A DNA stretch of 64,000 nt from a virus, in the IMG/VR virus record IMGVR_UViG_3300007511_000007, positions 1 through 64,000 of that record. One strand, written 5' to 3'. This document shows, piece by piece, positions 1 to 9,559 of this stretch. How positions within the stretch are numbered: position 1 is the stretch's first letter; every line of letters begins with the position of its first letter. The notes beneath the pieces are model-generated. The model did not search any database, was not told the origin of the DNA, and saw only the letters and a program-made list of their open reading frames with translations. A program made the translations under genes and the position numbers.

Positions 1-2
1 CG

Positions 3-410
3 CACACAAACGTTGGGGAGAAGAACACTAGCAGTCATGGCGTGGTAAACACTACGGTAAGTTTCATATTCCCGTTCCGACATAACTCCGGTCTTGTAGA
101 GGAGTCGAGCGAAACAGGTGTCCCCATAGTAGCTTCGATCCATAACTGCATGACCATACCCATTCATGGCGTGCCATTGAGCTTGGAGGTGCATCCTGAA
201 GCGGGCTTGCAGGAGGTGGACTTGCATAATCAAGGCCCATCTCTTCGAGTCGGCATAGAAATCCGCAAGGTAGGGGTTGGCGTTGTCTTTCTCGTCAGGT
301 TCCATGAGGGTCAATGAATTTGTTCCCAGTGCTTTGCCGAGTTCCTCTGTCAACACAGATTTCCCCGCACCAATAATGCCTTCTACAAGCACAACCTTCT
401 TGTTGTTCAT
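3..410 (-). CDS. Deoxynucleoside kinase family protein (partial; runs off window start)
   Basis: Manual translation from ATG at 410 (SD GGAGG): MNNKKVVLVEGIIGAGKS (P-loop) ... EP ... NPYLADFYAD..RWALIMQVHLLQARF ... MDRSYYGDTCF, the typical dNK motifs. Not in the ORF track because it is truncated. Confidence 0.85.
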   Translation of the reverse strand, partial: MNNKKVVLVEGIIGAGKSVLTEELGKALGTNSLTLMEPDEKDNANPYLADFYADSKRWALIMQVHLLQARFRMHLQAQWHAMNGYGHAVMDRSYYGDTCFARLLYKTGVMSEREYETYRSVYHAMTASVLLPNVCV

Positions 411-503
411 TGCTCCTCCGGTACGTGTTTTAGTGGCCGAAAATGTAGGGCACTTCCCTACTTCGGAATTCACTCTACCAAACTGCGGAAGGATGTAAAC
501 AGG

Positions 504-1658
504 CTATTTGAAAATCGCCTCAAAATTCTCTAGGAACTCGGGCTTGAGGGTGCCCTGGCAATACAAAGCAAATGCTTCACAGAAATGTTCTTCGGCATCT
601 GTGGCGGCATAAATCGTAGGGAATTTGACATCCGTTTCCAAATAGTTTCGGATCTGTTTCCACGTCAAGAAACCTTTTTCGGTGATGAAATACTTATCGC
701 CTTGAATCTTCACTACCCGCGGGTCTTTGTGTCCTCTTACTTTAACCGGGAGGGGGTCGCCCACTTTAGGCATCTCCACATCAGGATGATCCCACCGTTT
801 CCCAGCATGATACTGTTGCCATTTGCTGATCATCTCTCTGGGAAGGAATTTGCGCCAGAGCCGGTGACCAAACTCATGTATTCCATTGTGGAGATCTTTC
901 TCTTTCAGGTGCCGAATCCAGATATCATCTTTTCGGGGGTTGTACCAAGCCATCACTTTGGGCTGGTTGAGTTTCGCCACAACGAGGACATCCCCATACA
1001 GGGTCTTCAATGCCCCTGTAACCTTGGAGGATTTGATGAGCCGCACGATCTTGCGCAAGATCTTCTTCGTGTCGTCTAGCTTCTTGCCCTCAAGTTGGAT
1101 CGTGTTGTGGATAACCAACGGGCCGATCTTGAATTTCTCTTCGATGTCGGATTCAACTTCATCTTTCTCAGGCCATTTGACCATCGTCGCAGGCATATCG
1201 AGGTTCTTTTCGTTCCGGCGCATCCATGTATAGATGTTTTGTGGTACTCGTCTGGCTGCAATGAAAAGACGGGCTGCAGCCTGCACCTTCTTTGCCTGTC
1301 CTCGGGGAATCGCTACCGTTCCAAGAGCAAGCTCCATGAAACGCTCACCACGGTCGGTCAACATCACCCAATCCCTTTGAAAATAACGGGAGCGTCTGGA
1401 GATCATCTGCTTTCGGATCTTCTTCTCCACGGGGGCAGGAACCCCCATGGGATATCTTCTCTTGTAGTAGTTCAGTTCTTCATTCACAAGACCGTCAATG
1501 TATCGTTCTTCCGCGGTGGTGAGAATAGCTTTTCGCATCAACAAGAGGAACTTCTGGTAATCTTCGTAGAGTCTTTTGAGTTCTTGCGAAGTGCCCGTTT
1601 TCACTGACATTGATGCCAGCATCCAACGTGCGGCAACTTCTTGGGCAATCCGAGCCAT
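504..1658 (-). CDS. Zincin-like (HExxH) metallopeptidase-domain protein, possibly virion-associated
   Basis: C-terminal half has GIHEFGHRLW and YAATDAEEHFCEAFALY (third-ligand region). N-terminal VAARW motif is shared with head-module proteins. Confidence 0.65.
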   Translation of the reverse strand: MARIAQEVAARWMLASMSVKTGTSQELKRLYEDYQKFLLLMRKAILTTAEERYIDGLVNEELNYYKRRYPMGVPAPVEKKIRKQMISRRSRYFQRDWVMLTDRGERFMELALGTVAIPRGQAKKVQAAARLFIAARRVPQNIYTWMRRNEKNLDMPATMVKWPEKDEVESDIEEKFKIGPLVIHNTIQLEGKKLDDTKKILRKIVRLIKSSKVTGALKTLYGDVLVVAKLNQPKVMAWYNPRKDDIWIRHLKEKDLHNGIHEFGHRLWRKFLPREMISKWQQYHAGKRWDHPDVEMPKVGDPLPVKVRGHKDPRVVKIQGDKYFITEKGFLTWKQIRNYLETDVKFPTIYAATDAEEHFCEAFALYCQGTLKPEFLENFEAIFK

Positions 1659-1853
1659 CCACTTACCCCCTTGCTATTTGTGGGGCTATAACTTCTCTAA
1701 CGCCTCCGCACATACGTAGGCGTGTGAATTAAAGGAAACCCCCAGAGCGAGTATGCGGCAAGCGGCAAGGAGCATGGTTATGATTTCCCGCTCTGGGGTT
1801 CGATCTTTTTGTAGCACGGATTGAGGAGTTGGCAACTTTTTTGCTGTTTTTTT

Positions 1854-1881
1854 GTTAGTCCCGTTCAAATGAGAGTAGTAT
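1854..1881 (+). promoter_or_regulatory. Bipartite phage promoter motif copy 1 (GTTAGT-N13-GAGTAGTAT)
   Basis: One of six copies with an identical 13-nt spacer; lies upstream of the nicotinamidase operon. Confidence 0.7.
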
Positions 1882-1951
1882 CAGGCGTAAGGCCGAGAGC
1901 GCACAGATGGTGGCGACTCTTTGGAAAGATGAACAAATGGAGGCTCTAACC

Positions 1952-2785
1952 ATGGGCAAAGCGACACGCATTGAACTTCTCTTGATTGACCCCCAGAACG
2001 ATTTCTGTGACCCCGACAAGGGTTCCCTCTACGTACCGGGAGCCGAAAAGGACATGGAAAGGGTTGCCGCCCTCATCAAACGGTTGGGGAGGCACCTCAA
2101 CGACATCCACGTCACGGTGGATTCCCATCAGGAGGTGGACATCAGCCACCCCATGTGGTTCAAGGATTCCGCGGGTAACCATCCCGACCCCTTCTCCCTC
2201 ATCACCGATGAAAACCTCGAAGAGGGCATCTGGACGACTACCCTCCCATCGCTCTACGCTCGGACCCTCGCCTATTTGAAGGCTTTGAAGGCAGGCGGTC
2301 GCTACGTACACACGATCTGGCCGTACCACTGCATCATCGGGACATGGGGACACGCCCTTTACCCCGCCATCAGTGCCGCTCTCCACGACTGGAAGGTGGA
2401 TCGCTTCGCCACCGTAGATTTCGTGACCAAGGGATCGAACCCCTTCACCGAGCACTTCTCCGCAGTCAAAGCGGAAGTCCCCGACCCGAATGACCCGACC
2501 ACACAGATCAACACTCCGCTCATCACTACGCTGCGGGATGCCGACATCATCCTCTTGGGGGGCGAGGCCGAGACTCACTGCGACAAGGTCACCATTGAAG
2601 ACATCGTGACGGAATTCGCAGACCCCGACCTCATCAAGAAAATGGTCTGGTTGGAAGATGCCATGTCCCCCGTGCCCGATCCTCCCGGTGCCGATGGACT
2701 GTTCTCGAATGCCATCGCCCAGACCAAGGCCGACCTCAAGGCCAAGGGAATGCAGTTCACCACTTGCGCCGAATTTCTGGCATAG
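1952..2785 (+). CDS. Isochorismatase/nicotinamidase-family cysteine hydrolase
   Basis: LLLIDPQNDFC, TVDSH, WPYHCIIGTWG, KG.NPFTEHFS, GEAETHC motifs. Start set at ATG 1952 after GGAGG. Confidence 0.85.
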   Translation: MGKATRIELLLIDPQNDFCDPDKGSLYVPGAEKDMERVAALIKRLGRHLNDIHVTVDSHQEVDISHPMWFKDSAGNHPDPFSLITDENLEEGIWTTTLPSLYARTLAYLKALKAGGRYVHTIWPYHCIIGTWGHALYPAISAALHDWKVDRFATVDFVTKGSNPFTEHFSAVKAEVPDPNDPTTQINTPLITTLRDADIILLGGEAETHCDKVTIEDIVTEFADPDLIKKMVWLEDAMSPVPDPPGADGLFSNAIAQTKADLKAKGMQFTTCAEFLA

Positions 2786-2800
2786 AAGGGGAATACTGCA

Positions 2801-3100
2801 ATGGCAGATATCGATACTCTGAAACGAGCACTGGAAAAAATCGGGTGCGAGGTTACACAGGTTGATTATCCTGACGAGTTCTACCCGATTGACGAACTCC
2901 ACAAGTCCGATCCTGCCATAGCCGAGTTGTTCCCCGAACAGGAGGTTCAAACGGAACCCCCAAAACCACAGTTGAGAGAAGCGGCCCACATCCGATTGGA
3001 TCTGGGAGATTCCTATTTTGTTTTTGATGTCGACGGCAATTTCCTTGAGACAGGATGTTCATCCTGTGATTGCGAGGGGATTGGGTCAAGACCTTGTTGA
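2801..3100 (+). CDS. Hypothetical protein
   Basis: 99-aa ORF with SD-like GAAGGGG, packed tightly in the operon. Confidence 0.6.
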   Translation: MADIDTLKRALEKIGCEVTQVDYPDEFYPIDELHKSDPAIAELFPEQEVQTEPPKPQLREAAHIRLDLGDSYFVFDVDGNFLETGCSSCDCEGIGSRPC

Positions 3101-3113
3101 TAAGGAGAGTGAC

Positions 3114-3872
3114 ATGCCCATCTTCAATGACGACACAATGGAAGAACACAAAGTCGGTGGGGGCCACTATGGTTTCTCTGCCAAGCGGATCAACGAACTC
3201 GGGGCCACCGAATACACGCTGGTAGTCATCGCCTGCGACGTGTCCGGTTCCGTGGCCGGGTTTCGGGATGGTCTGGAAAAGTGCGTGAAGGAAATCGTAC
3301 AGTCCTGCGCCCACAGCCCCCGTGCAGACAATCTCATGTTGCGCCTCGTAGCCTTCGATAGCAGGCTCGACGAGATCCACGGGTTCCGTCCTTTGACCGA
3401 ATGCGACGTGGACAAGTACACGGATGTTCTGCACATCGGCGGCATGACCGCTCTGTTCGACGCAGCCAAGAACGGGATCGACTCCGTGACCCAGTACGGC
3501 AAAAGCCTCACGGAGAGCGACTACGACGTGAACGCCATCTGTTTCGTACTCACGGACGGCGACCACAACGCTTCCCCGCTGACCGCTTCGGTAGTCGCCA
3601 AGGCGAAAAACGATGCGATCACAAGCGAGGCTTTGGAATCCATGCTCACGATCCTCGTGGGGGTCAACATCACAGACCCGCAGGTCGCACGATTCCTCGC
3701 AGACTTCGAGAAGACGGGCGAATTCGATCAGTACGTCAAGTTGGACGATGCCAACAAATCCACACTGGCAAAGCTGGCTGAGTTCGTGTCCCAGTCGATC
3801 AGCAGCCAGAGTGAAGCATTGGGTACCGGTGGCCCGTCCCAGACCATCGACCCCGATTCACTGGAACTCTAG
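3114..3872 (+). CDS. vWA-domain protein (TerY/YegL-like)
   Basis: MIDAS motif ACDVSGSV, GGMTALFDA, FVLTDG. Start ATG 3114 after AAGGAG. Confidence 0.85.
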   Translation: MPIFNDDTMEEHKVGGGHYGFSAKRINELGATEYTLVVIACDVSGSVAGFRDGLEKCVKEIVQSCAHSPRADNLMLRLVAFDSRLDEIHGFRPLTECDVDKYTDVLHIGGMTALFDAAKNGIDSVTQYGKSLTESDYDVNAICFVLTDGDHNASPLTASVVAKAKNDAITSEALESMLTILVGVNITDPQVARFLADFEKTGEFDQYVKLDDANKSTLAKLAEFVSQSISSQSEALGTGGPSQTIDPDSLEL

Positions 3873-3873
3873 C

Positions 3874-4071
3874 GTGACTGACCAGATCGCCATCGACATC
3901 AACTACCATCGAACAAGGGGGGACGCTGTTCATGCGGACCTCCTTTTCGATGGGGTCTCACGGGGTAGTCTCGATCTCCCCCTTGAAGAGTGGAGAGCTT
4001 TTCGGAATTCTTTTCGGAAATCCGATTTTCACAAAGTGATGTTCCATTTTCAGGGAGGGTCAAAGAAATGA
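3874..4071 (+). CDS. Hypothetical protein
   Basis: GTG start just after the vWA stop; stop overlaps the next ATG (ATGA). Confidence 0.5.
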   Translation: MTDQIAIDINYHRTRGDAVHADLLFDGVSRGSLDLPLEEWRAFRNSFRKSDFHKVMFHFQGGSKK

Positions 4072-4400
4072 GCTACGCAATTGCCAACTTTGTTTTCGGA
4101 GTCCCCCTCACGAGTAACATCGCAGAGAAAGCTGAGGAACTGGACTTCGACCCTTCTGATCCCGAAAGCTTCGGTTTTGAGGGCCTGTATTCCGCTGGCG
4201 GAGACGGCCCGCTCGGTTTTCTCGGGGTCCAACTCACTCAAACGGATGAGTGTTCTGCTTACGAGAAGGTTTCTGGCCTGAAACTCCAACCCACGCCGGA
4301 ACAGGAGCAGAAATACTGGAGTCTCTGGGCTGAAGTTCCAGAAGGAATACGGGCAATCCTTCCTGAACCTGAGACTTGGCTCATTTGGAGTTCTTCTTGA
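4068..4400 (+). CDS. Hypothetical protein
   Basis: ATG 4068 after GGAGG; operon packing. Confidence 0.65.
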   Translation: MSYAIANFVFGVPLTSNIAEKAEELDFDPSDPESFGFEGLYSAGGDGPLGFLGVQLTQTDECSAYEKVSGLKLQPTPEQEQKYWSLWAEVPEGIRAILPEPETWLIWSSS

Positions 4401-4831
4401 AACCAATTCCCATAGAGAAGTTTGGGAAAGATCATTGGAGTACCTTCGGCTATGTCGTCACCGTTTGTTATGGCAAGGCAGGTGTGCCTCACAAAAGCCG
4501 TATGCGATGCTGTCCTGAAGAACACCCCGGTCTGAACGGCCAGATTTCGGGGAGACCCCAAAGACTCTGGGACAACAAGTATTCTTCCATTCTCAAAAAC
4601 GGAGAAAAAGCACCCGACGGACATGACGACTGGCATTGTGTTGAGGATCTGGAACGCCACGGATTGCTCCGTTGGCGGGGGTCCGGCATGACCCCGATCC
4701 TCTTTCTCACCAAGCGAGGGATCTCAGTGGGGGCGGCTTTGTTGAGTCACAAGAAGAACGGCGGCAACTTCGCCAACTTCGAAGTGGACTGGGATTGGAT
4801 AGTCGAAAACTTTCCCGAAAAACCCCGTTAG
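4376..4831 (+). CDS. Hypothetical protein
   Basis: 151-aa ORF continuing the operon (start may be TTG at 4397); HDDWHCVEDL..GLL motif. Confidence 0.6.
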   Translation: MAHLEFFLKPIPIEKFGKDHWSTFGYVVTVCYGKAGVPHKSRMRCCPEEHPGLNGQISGRPQRLWDNKYSSILKNGEKAPDGHDDWHCVEDLERHGLLRWRGSGMTPILFLTKRGISVGAALLSHKKNGGNFANFEVDWDWIVENFPEKPR

Positions 4832-4854
4832 GTCTTTTCCCCAAAGAGTAGTAT
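4827..4854 (+). promoter_or_regulatory. Bipartite phage promoter motif copy 2 (GTTAGG-N13-GAGTAGTAT)
   Basis: Directly upstream of the SD (AGGAGG) and ATG 4872. Confidence 0.75.
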
Positions 4855-4871
4855 AGGTAGGAGGTGCGACA

Positions 4872-5225
4872 ATGCTGTGGAAGACAACCGAGATCGTGGC
4901 CTTATTGGACGGCCCCCGTTTCCGCATCGACACTGGATCACAGGGCGGCGATGTCGATACTACTCAGATTCTTATGCGCCTCAAAGACGCAGAGGGAGAG
5001 TACCCCGAAACCCTTTTCATCTCCGGGTTCACGGTCGAGGCCGGGGCATGGGTCACCAAACCTGACGAATGGGACGTGGACATGGTGGAAGTTTCAGATG
5101 GCATGGACAGCCGTGGGGGATTGAATTCCAGCGATCCCGATTTCTGTGTCATGTATGCTCACGCTGTTTCCAAGCTCCGCCTGGCGGGATTCGATGTGGT
5201 GCCGTGCATGAAGGACTACTTCTAG
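4872..5225 (+). CDS. Hypothetical protein
   Basis: Strong SD AGGAGGT; 117 aa. Confidence 0.7.
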   Translation: MLWKTTEIVALLDGPRFRIDTGSQGGDVDTTQILMRLKDAEGEYPETLFISGFTVEAGAWVTKPDEWDVDMVEVSDGMDSRGGLNSSDPDFCVMYAHAVSKLRLAGFDVVPCMKDYF

Positions 5226-5226
5226 C

Positions 5227-5412
5227 ATGTTCACCATCACAAACCTCGGCACGAATGAAAAGAAGGATATTGTTCTTCGCATAACTGCGGAAAAGGATTT
5301 GCTGATTCACGTCAACGACAATCCCCCAATCGTGATCGGCCCGGGAGTTTCCACCCAGATCCTTCTGGAGAACAACGCTTCCATGACCCTCTCTACAACG
5401 GAGAAACCATGA
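5227..5412 (+). CDS. Hypothetical protein
   Basis: Tight packing, ATGA overlap with the next gene. Confidence 0.55.
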   Translation: MFTITNLGTNEKKDIVLRITAEKDLLIHVNDNPPIVIGPGVSTQILLENNASMTLSTTEKP

Positions 5413-5702
5413 GTGACGAAACTACTTACCTGATTGGCGTTGAGGTTCGAAAGAGCGTTGTCACCGACGTGATCGTGAAGGTTTCAGCGGCTTCGAAAGA
5501 AGAAGCCGCTGCCAAAACCCAGGCTGCTGGTACATCGTTCATCGAAGATCCTCATAATGAAGACATCCTCTTGGGAATCGACAATTGCCACTGGGTGGAT
5601 GAAAACTTTGACGCCACGGGGCGAGTTTTCCCCGAGTCGTATACCTCGCCGCCTTACTCGGACGAAGATGTGCTTCTCAATCTCACTGAAGAGGGCGACT
5701 AA
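5409..5702 (+). CDS. Hypothetical acidic protein
   Basis: ATGA and TAATG overlaps on either side; V.V.A.S.EEA motif common in small phage proteins. Confidence 0.65.
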   Translation: MSDETTYLIGVEVRKSVVTDVIVKVSAASKEEAAAKTQAAGTSFIEDPHNEDILLGIDNCHWVDENFDATGRVFPESYTSPPYSDEDVLLNLTEEGD

Positions 5703-6559
5703 TGCACGCTGACTGCTTTTTCAGAATAGGGAAGACTCACAAAGTCTGTGAGGACTATGCCCGGGCGGGCTTCCTGAACGATGACCCCGACCGCCCTTTC
5801 GGGGCGATCTCAGACGGGTGCAGCGGTTCTCCCGACACGGACTTTGGTTCTCGTTTCCTTGTTCTTGCGGCAGAAGAGTGCATGGCTCGATCCGGTAATC
5901 CGACAGAATCCGAAATCCTCTACAAAGCGATTGAACTCGGGCACCATCCTCTGCTGAACCCTTTGAATCTGGACGCTACCCTGATGACTCTTCACCGCTC
6001 TGCAACTACAGCCAACCCCCATGTTGCCGTCTCCGGGGATGGTGTTGTATCTGCAAGAACTCCCGAAGGGGACATCCACACGTTCGTCATAGAGTTTCTG
6101 CCAGGAGTCACTGGCAAGGTTGCCCCCTTCTATCTCTCGTATTCAGGTCGCATGGATCAACGGCGTCTGGATCACTTTGTGGCACAGGGTTACAATCGGC
6201 GCAAAATCTCCTTTTTCCTCAATGGGGAACTTCAGGATGAAGAAGTCGAAGAAGTCCCTCCCGATCTCTCGTGGGATCAATCGAGGGCTAGAAATTGGAC
6301 AAAGGAAACAGTTCCCGGGGCTTTCGACCTCATTGCGATTTTCTCGGATGGTGTCCAATCCTTCAGGAAAGAAGTACGCCCAAAGTTCTTCGAGGCGGTC
6401 TCTGTACATGATGTCTTGGAGCAAGTTATGGCAATCAAGGTTGCCAAAGGTGAATTCGTGACCCGTCGTTGCCAGAAGTTTTTCAGCCGCTTCTGTGTCA
6501 AAAACGATTGGCATCACGACGACGATTTTTCAATGGCTGCGATCTGGTGTGGAGATTAG
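5702..6559 (+). CDS. PP2C-like protein phosphatase (TerY-P triad phosphatase, YegK/PphC-like)
   Basis: IGKTHKVCEDYA, AISDGCSGS, DATL, VSGDG, IFSDGVQSF, HDDDFSMA motifs. Confidence 0.85.
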   Translation: MHADCFFRIGKTHKVCEDYARAGFLNDDPDRPFGAISDGCSGSPDTDFGSRFLVLAAEECMARSGNPTESEILYKAIELGHHPLLNPLNLDATLMTLHRSATTANPHVAVSGDGVVSARTPEGDIHTFVIEFLPGVTGKVAPFYLSYSGRMDQRRLDHFVAQGYNRRKISFFLNGELQDEEVEEVPPDLSWDQSRARNWTKETVPGAFDLIAIFSDGVQSFRKEVRPKFFEAVSVHDVLEQVMAIKVAKGEFVTRRCQKFFSRFCVKNDWHHDDDFSMAAIWCGD

Positions 6560-6561
6560 TT

Positions 6562-6801
6562 ATGGCACGAATTCGAGTCCCGATTCAAATTGAAAAGATG
6601 TACGTTACTACTGTTGTGGTGGAAGTAGACACCGAAGATGAACAGAACGCCACAGCCGTAGCGGAAACGTACATAGAAGACCGCTGTGATACGAATGACG
6701 AAGGTGTTTTCGGCCATCTCCCATGGAAGTTCAGATTCCACGTCTGCCTCCCCGAAGGGGAAGACCATGGGGAAGATGCCGACTACTTCATTGGAGACTG
6801 A
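6562..6801 (+). CDS. Hypothetical acidic protein
   Basis: ATG 6562 after GGAG; sits between the phosphatase and kinase genes. Confidence 0.6.
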   Translation: MARIRVPIQIEKMYVTTVVVEVDTEDEQNATAVAETYIEDRCDTNDEGVFGHLPWKFRFHVCLPEGEDHGEDADYFIGD

Positions 6802-6803
6802 CG

Positions 6804-8495
6804 ATGAGAGTTTTCCCGCATGGGGGTGGGCCACCCCTCAATCTTTCGAAGCGAGATTACCTCGCTGGTGGGGGAGAAGGCGACGTGTACGTCAAAGGTT
6901 CTCGTGCCTTCAAGATCTATCACAATCCCCAGAGAGCAATTCCATTGGGGAAAATTCAGGAACTCGCCCTGATTACTGATTCTAATGTGATCAAACCTGA
7001 GACTGCCCTCGTAGATTCCCATGGGAATCTAGTCGGATATGACATGCGTTTTGTGAAAGACACCGTGGCTCTTTGCCAATTGTTTCCACGAGCTTATCGA
7101 GAACGCAACAATCTCTCTCACAAGACCATGTTGAAGCTCATCCGTCGGCTGCAAGAAATGGTAAGAAACATCCATGCTGCCTCGGTACTTGCTGTAGACC
7201 TCAATGAACTCAACTTTCTGGTAGCCAAATCCTACCAGGACATCTTCGGCATCGACGCTGACAGCTATCAGACTCGGAGCTATCCTGCTACTGCGATCAT
7301 GGCTTCCATTCGTGATCCCTTGGTGCGGCAGAACCAATTCACAGAACTCTCTGACTGGTTCAGTTTTGCCGTTGTGAGCTTCAATATGTTTACTGGCATC
7401 CACCCCTTCAAAGGGAAACACCCCGATGTGAGAGGGATGGAAGATCGAATGAAAGCCGGGATTTCAGTCTTTGATCCCAAAGTGAGGGTACCCAAAGTCG
7501 TTTATCCCTTTGATGTGATCCCCCAAGTCTATCGGGATTGGTATAAGACTCTCTTCACCCGCGGGGATCGTGTAGCACCTCCGGGGGATGTAGTTCATGC
7601 TGTGGTGCTTGTACCCACCGTAGAGGCTATCTCAGGAGCCGTCAATGTAAGTTTCGTCGAACTGCTCACCCTGCGGGATACCATCCACAGGGCTTGGAGC
7701 CTCGGAGCCTCTACGCTGGCTCTTGGTGATTCCGGGGTCTACCTTGACCAACGGAGAATCGCCACTCCCCCCTCTGCCACTTGTACGGTAGGATTATGCC
7801 CGCCTTCCAATAGACCCGTGCTGGCCTGGATCGAACCTTTCGACAAGCTCCGTCTTTTTGACACCAAAGAAGAGAAGGAGATCCCCTTCACTTTGGGTGC
7901 AGAACAACTTACCGACTGTGGGCAGAGACTCTACATCAAGAACGGCCCCCAAATTCATGAGATCGACCTGGTACAAACTGGTTCCAAGGTAATTGCGGGG
8001 GCGATTCCAGTTGCAAACTGCATGGAGAACGCTACCCGTTTCTTCCCCGGGGTTGTCGTACAGGATATGATTGGCGAACCCCACCTCACGATGTTCCCGG
8101 CCAGTAAAACGAGCTACACGGTGAAGATCCCCGAACTCAAGGGCTACAAAATTGTTGATGCCCGGGGGAACCGCAACGTCGTCATGGTTGTGGGGCATCA
8201 CAAAGGACGGTATGACCGACTCGTAATCAGGTTCAGTTCTTCATACAAGGACTACGATGTGAGAGTCGTCAAAGACATCTCCCCCGCAGGGTTGAACTTC
8301 ATCGTTCTGGAAACCGGCGTCGTAGCCTGTATTACAGAAGAAGAGAAACTCGAACTGTTCTCAGCCAAACGTGGCAATCCCGCCGTCAAGGTAATCAGCG
8401 ACGACGCTTTAGGCGGGGATATGAAGTTGTTTGAGCATCAGGGTAAGGCTACAATCTGGAGAGACAAACAGATTTTCCGTTTGAAGACCAACTAG
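6804..8495 (+). CDS. Ser/Thr protein kinase (TerY-P triad kinase, YegI-like) with a C-terminal beta-rich domain
   Basis: AGGGEGDVY glycine loop, AFKIY, VDLNELNFLV catalytic loop, IDADSYQ, SDWFSFAV..F..FTGIHPFKG. Start ATG 6804 after GGAG. Confidence 0.85.
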   Translation: MRVFPHGGGPPLNLSKRDYLAGGGEGDVYVKGSRAFKIYHNPQRAIPLGKIQELALITDSNVIKPETALVDSHGNLVGYDMRFVKDTVALCQLFPRAYRERNNLSHKTMLKLIRRLQEMVRNIHAASVLAVDLNELNFLVAKSYQDIFGIDADSYQTRSYPATAIMASIRDPLVRQNQFTELSDWFSFAVVSFNMFTGIHPFKGKHPDVRGMEDRMKAGISVFDPKVRVPKVVYPFDVIPQVYRDWYKTLFTRGDRVAPPGDVVHAVVLVPTVEAISGAVNVSFVELLTLRDTIHRAWSLGASTLALGDSGVYLDQRRIATPPSATCTVGLCPPSNRPVLAWIEPFDKLRLFDTKEEKEIPFTLGAEQLTDCGQRLYIKNGPQIHEIDLVQTGSKVIAGAIPVANCMENATRFFPGVVVQDMIGEPHLTMFPASKTSYTVKIPELKGYKIVDARGNRNVVMVVGHHKGRYDRLVIRFSSSYKDYDVRVVKDISPAGLNFIVLETGVVACITEEEKLELFSAKRGNPAVKVISDDALGGDMKLFEHQGKATIWRDKQIFRLKTN

Positions 8496-9382
8496 CTTTC
8501 GATCCCCGGGAAATTCATCAACTTGAGATTTGTTTCCACACTCCGCACGATCTCTTTCAAATCCTTGAATGTCATCCTCTTGTCCCGAGGAGATCCAGCG
8601 ATCCCCGCATGACCACCCGCCCCCTCACCCCACAAGGACTGAACAATCTGACAAGCATTGAGTCTCTCTCCGTTATCCTCAAAGGATAGGGTGATGGAAC
8701 CCATAATCCGATTGAAAGAAATGATAGCTTCGGCCACCGTGTCGTCGGGACGCCGATAATACATATTGCAAAAGGCTTCCCCAACGAAAATGCGAATGGA
8801 GCCGTGCTCAGACATGAAGCAGGCGGCTTCCTCTTCTCCTCTCCGATTCTCCCACTCCATCCCCGCTTTGATCATCTCCGGGTCACCCTGAAGAATCGAA
8901 GCGATTGCATCGAGGCCGGTCGAGATCTCTGCAGAAACATCGGCAACTGATCCATCTCGCAGAGGGAAGAGTCGATTTTCATCATGCCATGCCAGAAACG
9001 CCAGAATGTATTGATGCTCGGATTCCCACTCAGGACAATCCAACGCCCGATGAATCCCATTGGTATCGAGGAAAGCTGCTGCAGCCCAGAACTCGGGACA
9101 AGCCTTTTGATCAATCGCACAGGCGTGTCCGAGGATCGAGGCAATGCCCCCAAGGGCGTCCAGGTCCATGTGGGAGATGCCAATAGCATCCACCTCCACG
9201 GGGCCATCCTCGAACAAACAAGGCGCAGGGTTCTCAGAACGAGTCCCGTGGTGTGCAAGAGTCAATTCTGACCCTTCCACGACGGCAGTGCCGTATTCGG
9301 CCTCCACGGTAGCTGTACGTTTGTACTTCGCCAATTCTTCTGCGAGTTTCTCAGGATTGCTTGCCATCAAGATTTTCGTCAT
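8492..9382 (-). CDS. DHH/DHHA1-like phosphoesterase
   Basis: LAHHG, SHMDLDALGG and C-terminal GAGGHAGIAGSPR (GGGH-type DHHA1 motif). Confidence 0.6.
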   Translation of the reverse strand: MTKILMASNPEKLAEELAKYKRTATVEAEYGTAVVEGSELTLAHHGTRSENPAPCLFEDGPVEVDAIGISHMDLDALGGIASILGHACAIDQKACPEFWAAAAFLDTNGIHRALDCPEWESEHQYILAFLAWHDENRLFPLRDGSVADVSAEISTGLDAIASILQGDPEMIKAGMEWENRRGEEEAACFMSEHGSIRIFVGEAFCNMYYRRPDDTVAEAIISFNRIMGSITLSFEDNGERLNACQIVQSLWGEGAGGHAGIAGSPRDKRMTFKDLKEIVRSVETNLKLMNFPGIES

Positions 9383-9469
9383 CGTTCTTTTCCTCCTACG
9401 TTACTCTACTCCAAAAGACGTACCTATCGACCCAGTTGTGACACCAAAAAGAAGCAGGGAAAATAATTC

Positions 9470-9544
9470 GTTACGTTTCTGGGTTCTTGAGTAGTAAGTA
9501 TGTAGAGAGGAAATCGGTTAGGTTTCTTCTCATGAGAGTAGTAT
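9470..9544 (+). promoter_or_regulatory. Tandem bipartite promoter motif copies 3 and 4
   Basis: GTTACG-N13-GAGTAGTAA (9470-9497) and GTTAGG-N13-GAGTAGTAT (9517-9544), upstream of ATG 9560. Confidence 0.75.
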
Positions 9545-9559
9545 CTATGGGAGGAAGGA

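Noticed and set aside
1686-1868. 60-aa minus-strand ORF in the divergent intergenic region
   Set aside because: TTG start without SD, overlaps promoter elements, no recognisable features.
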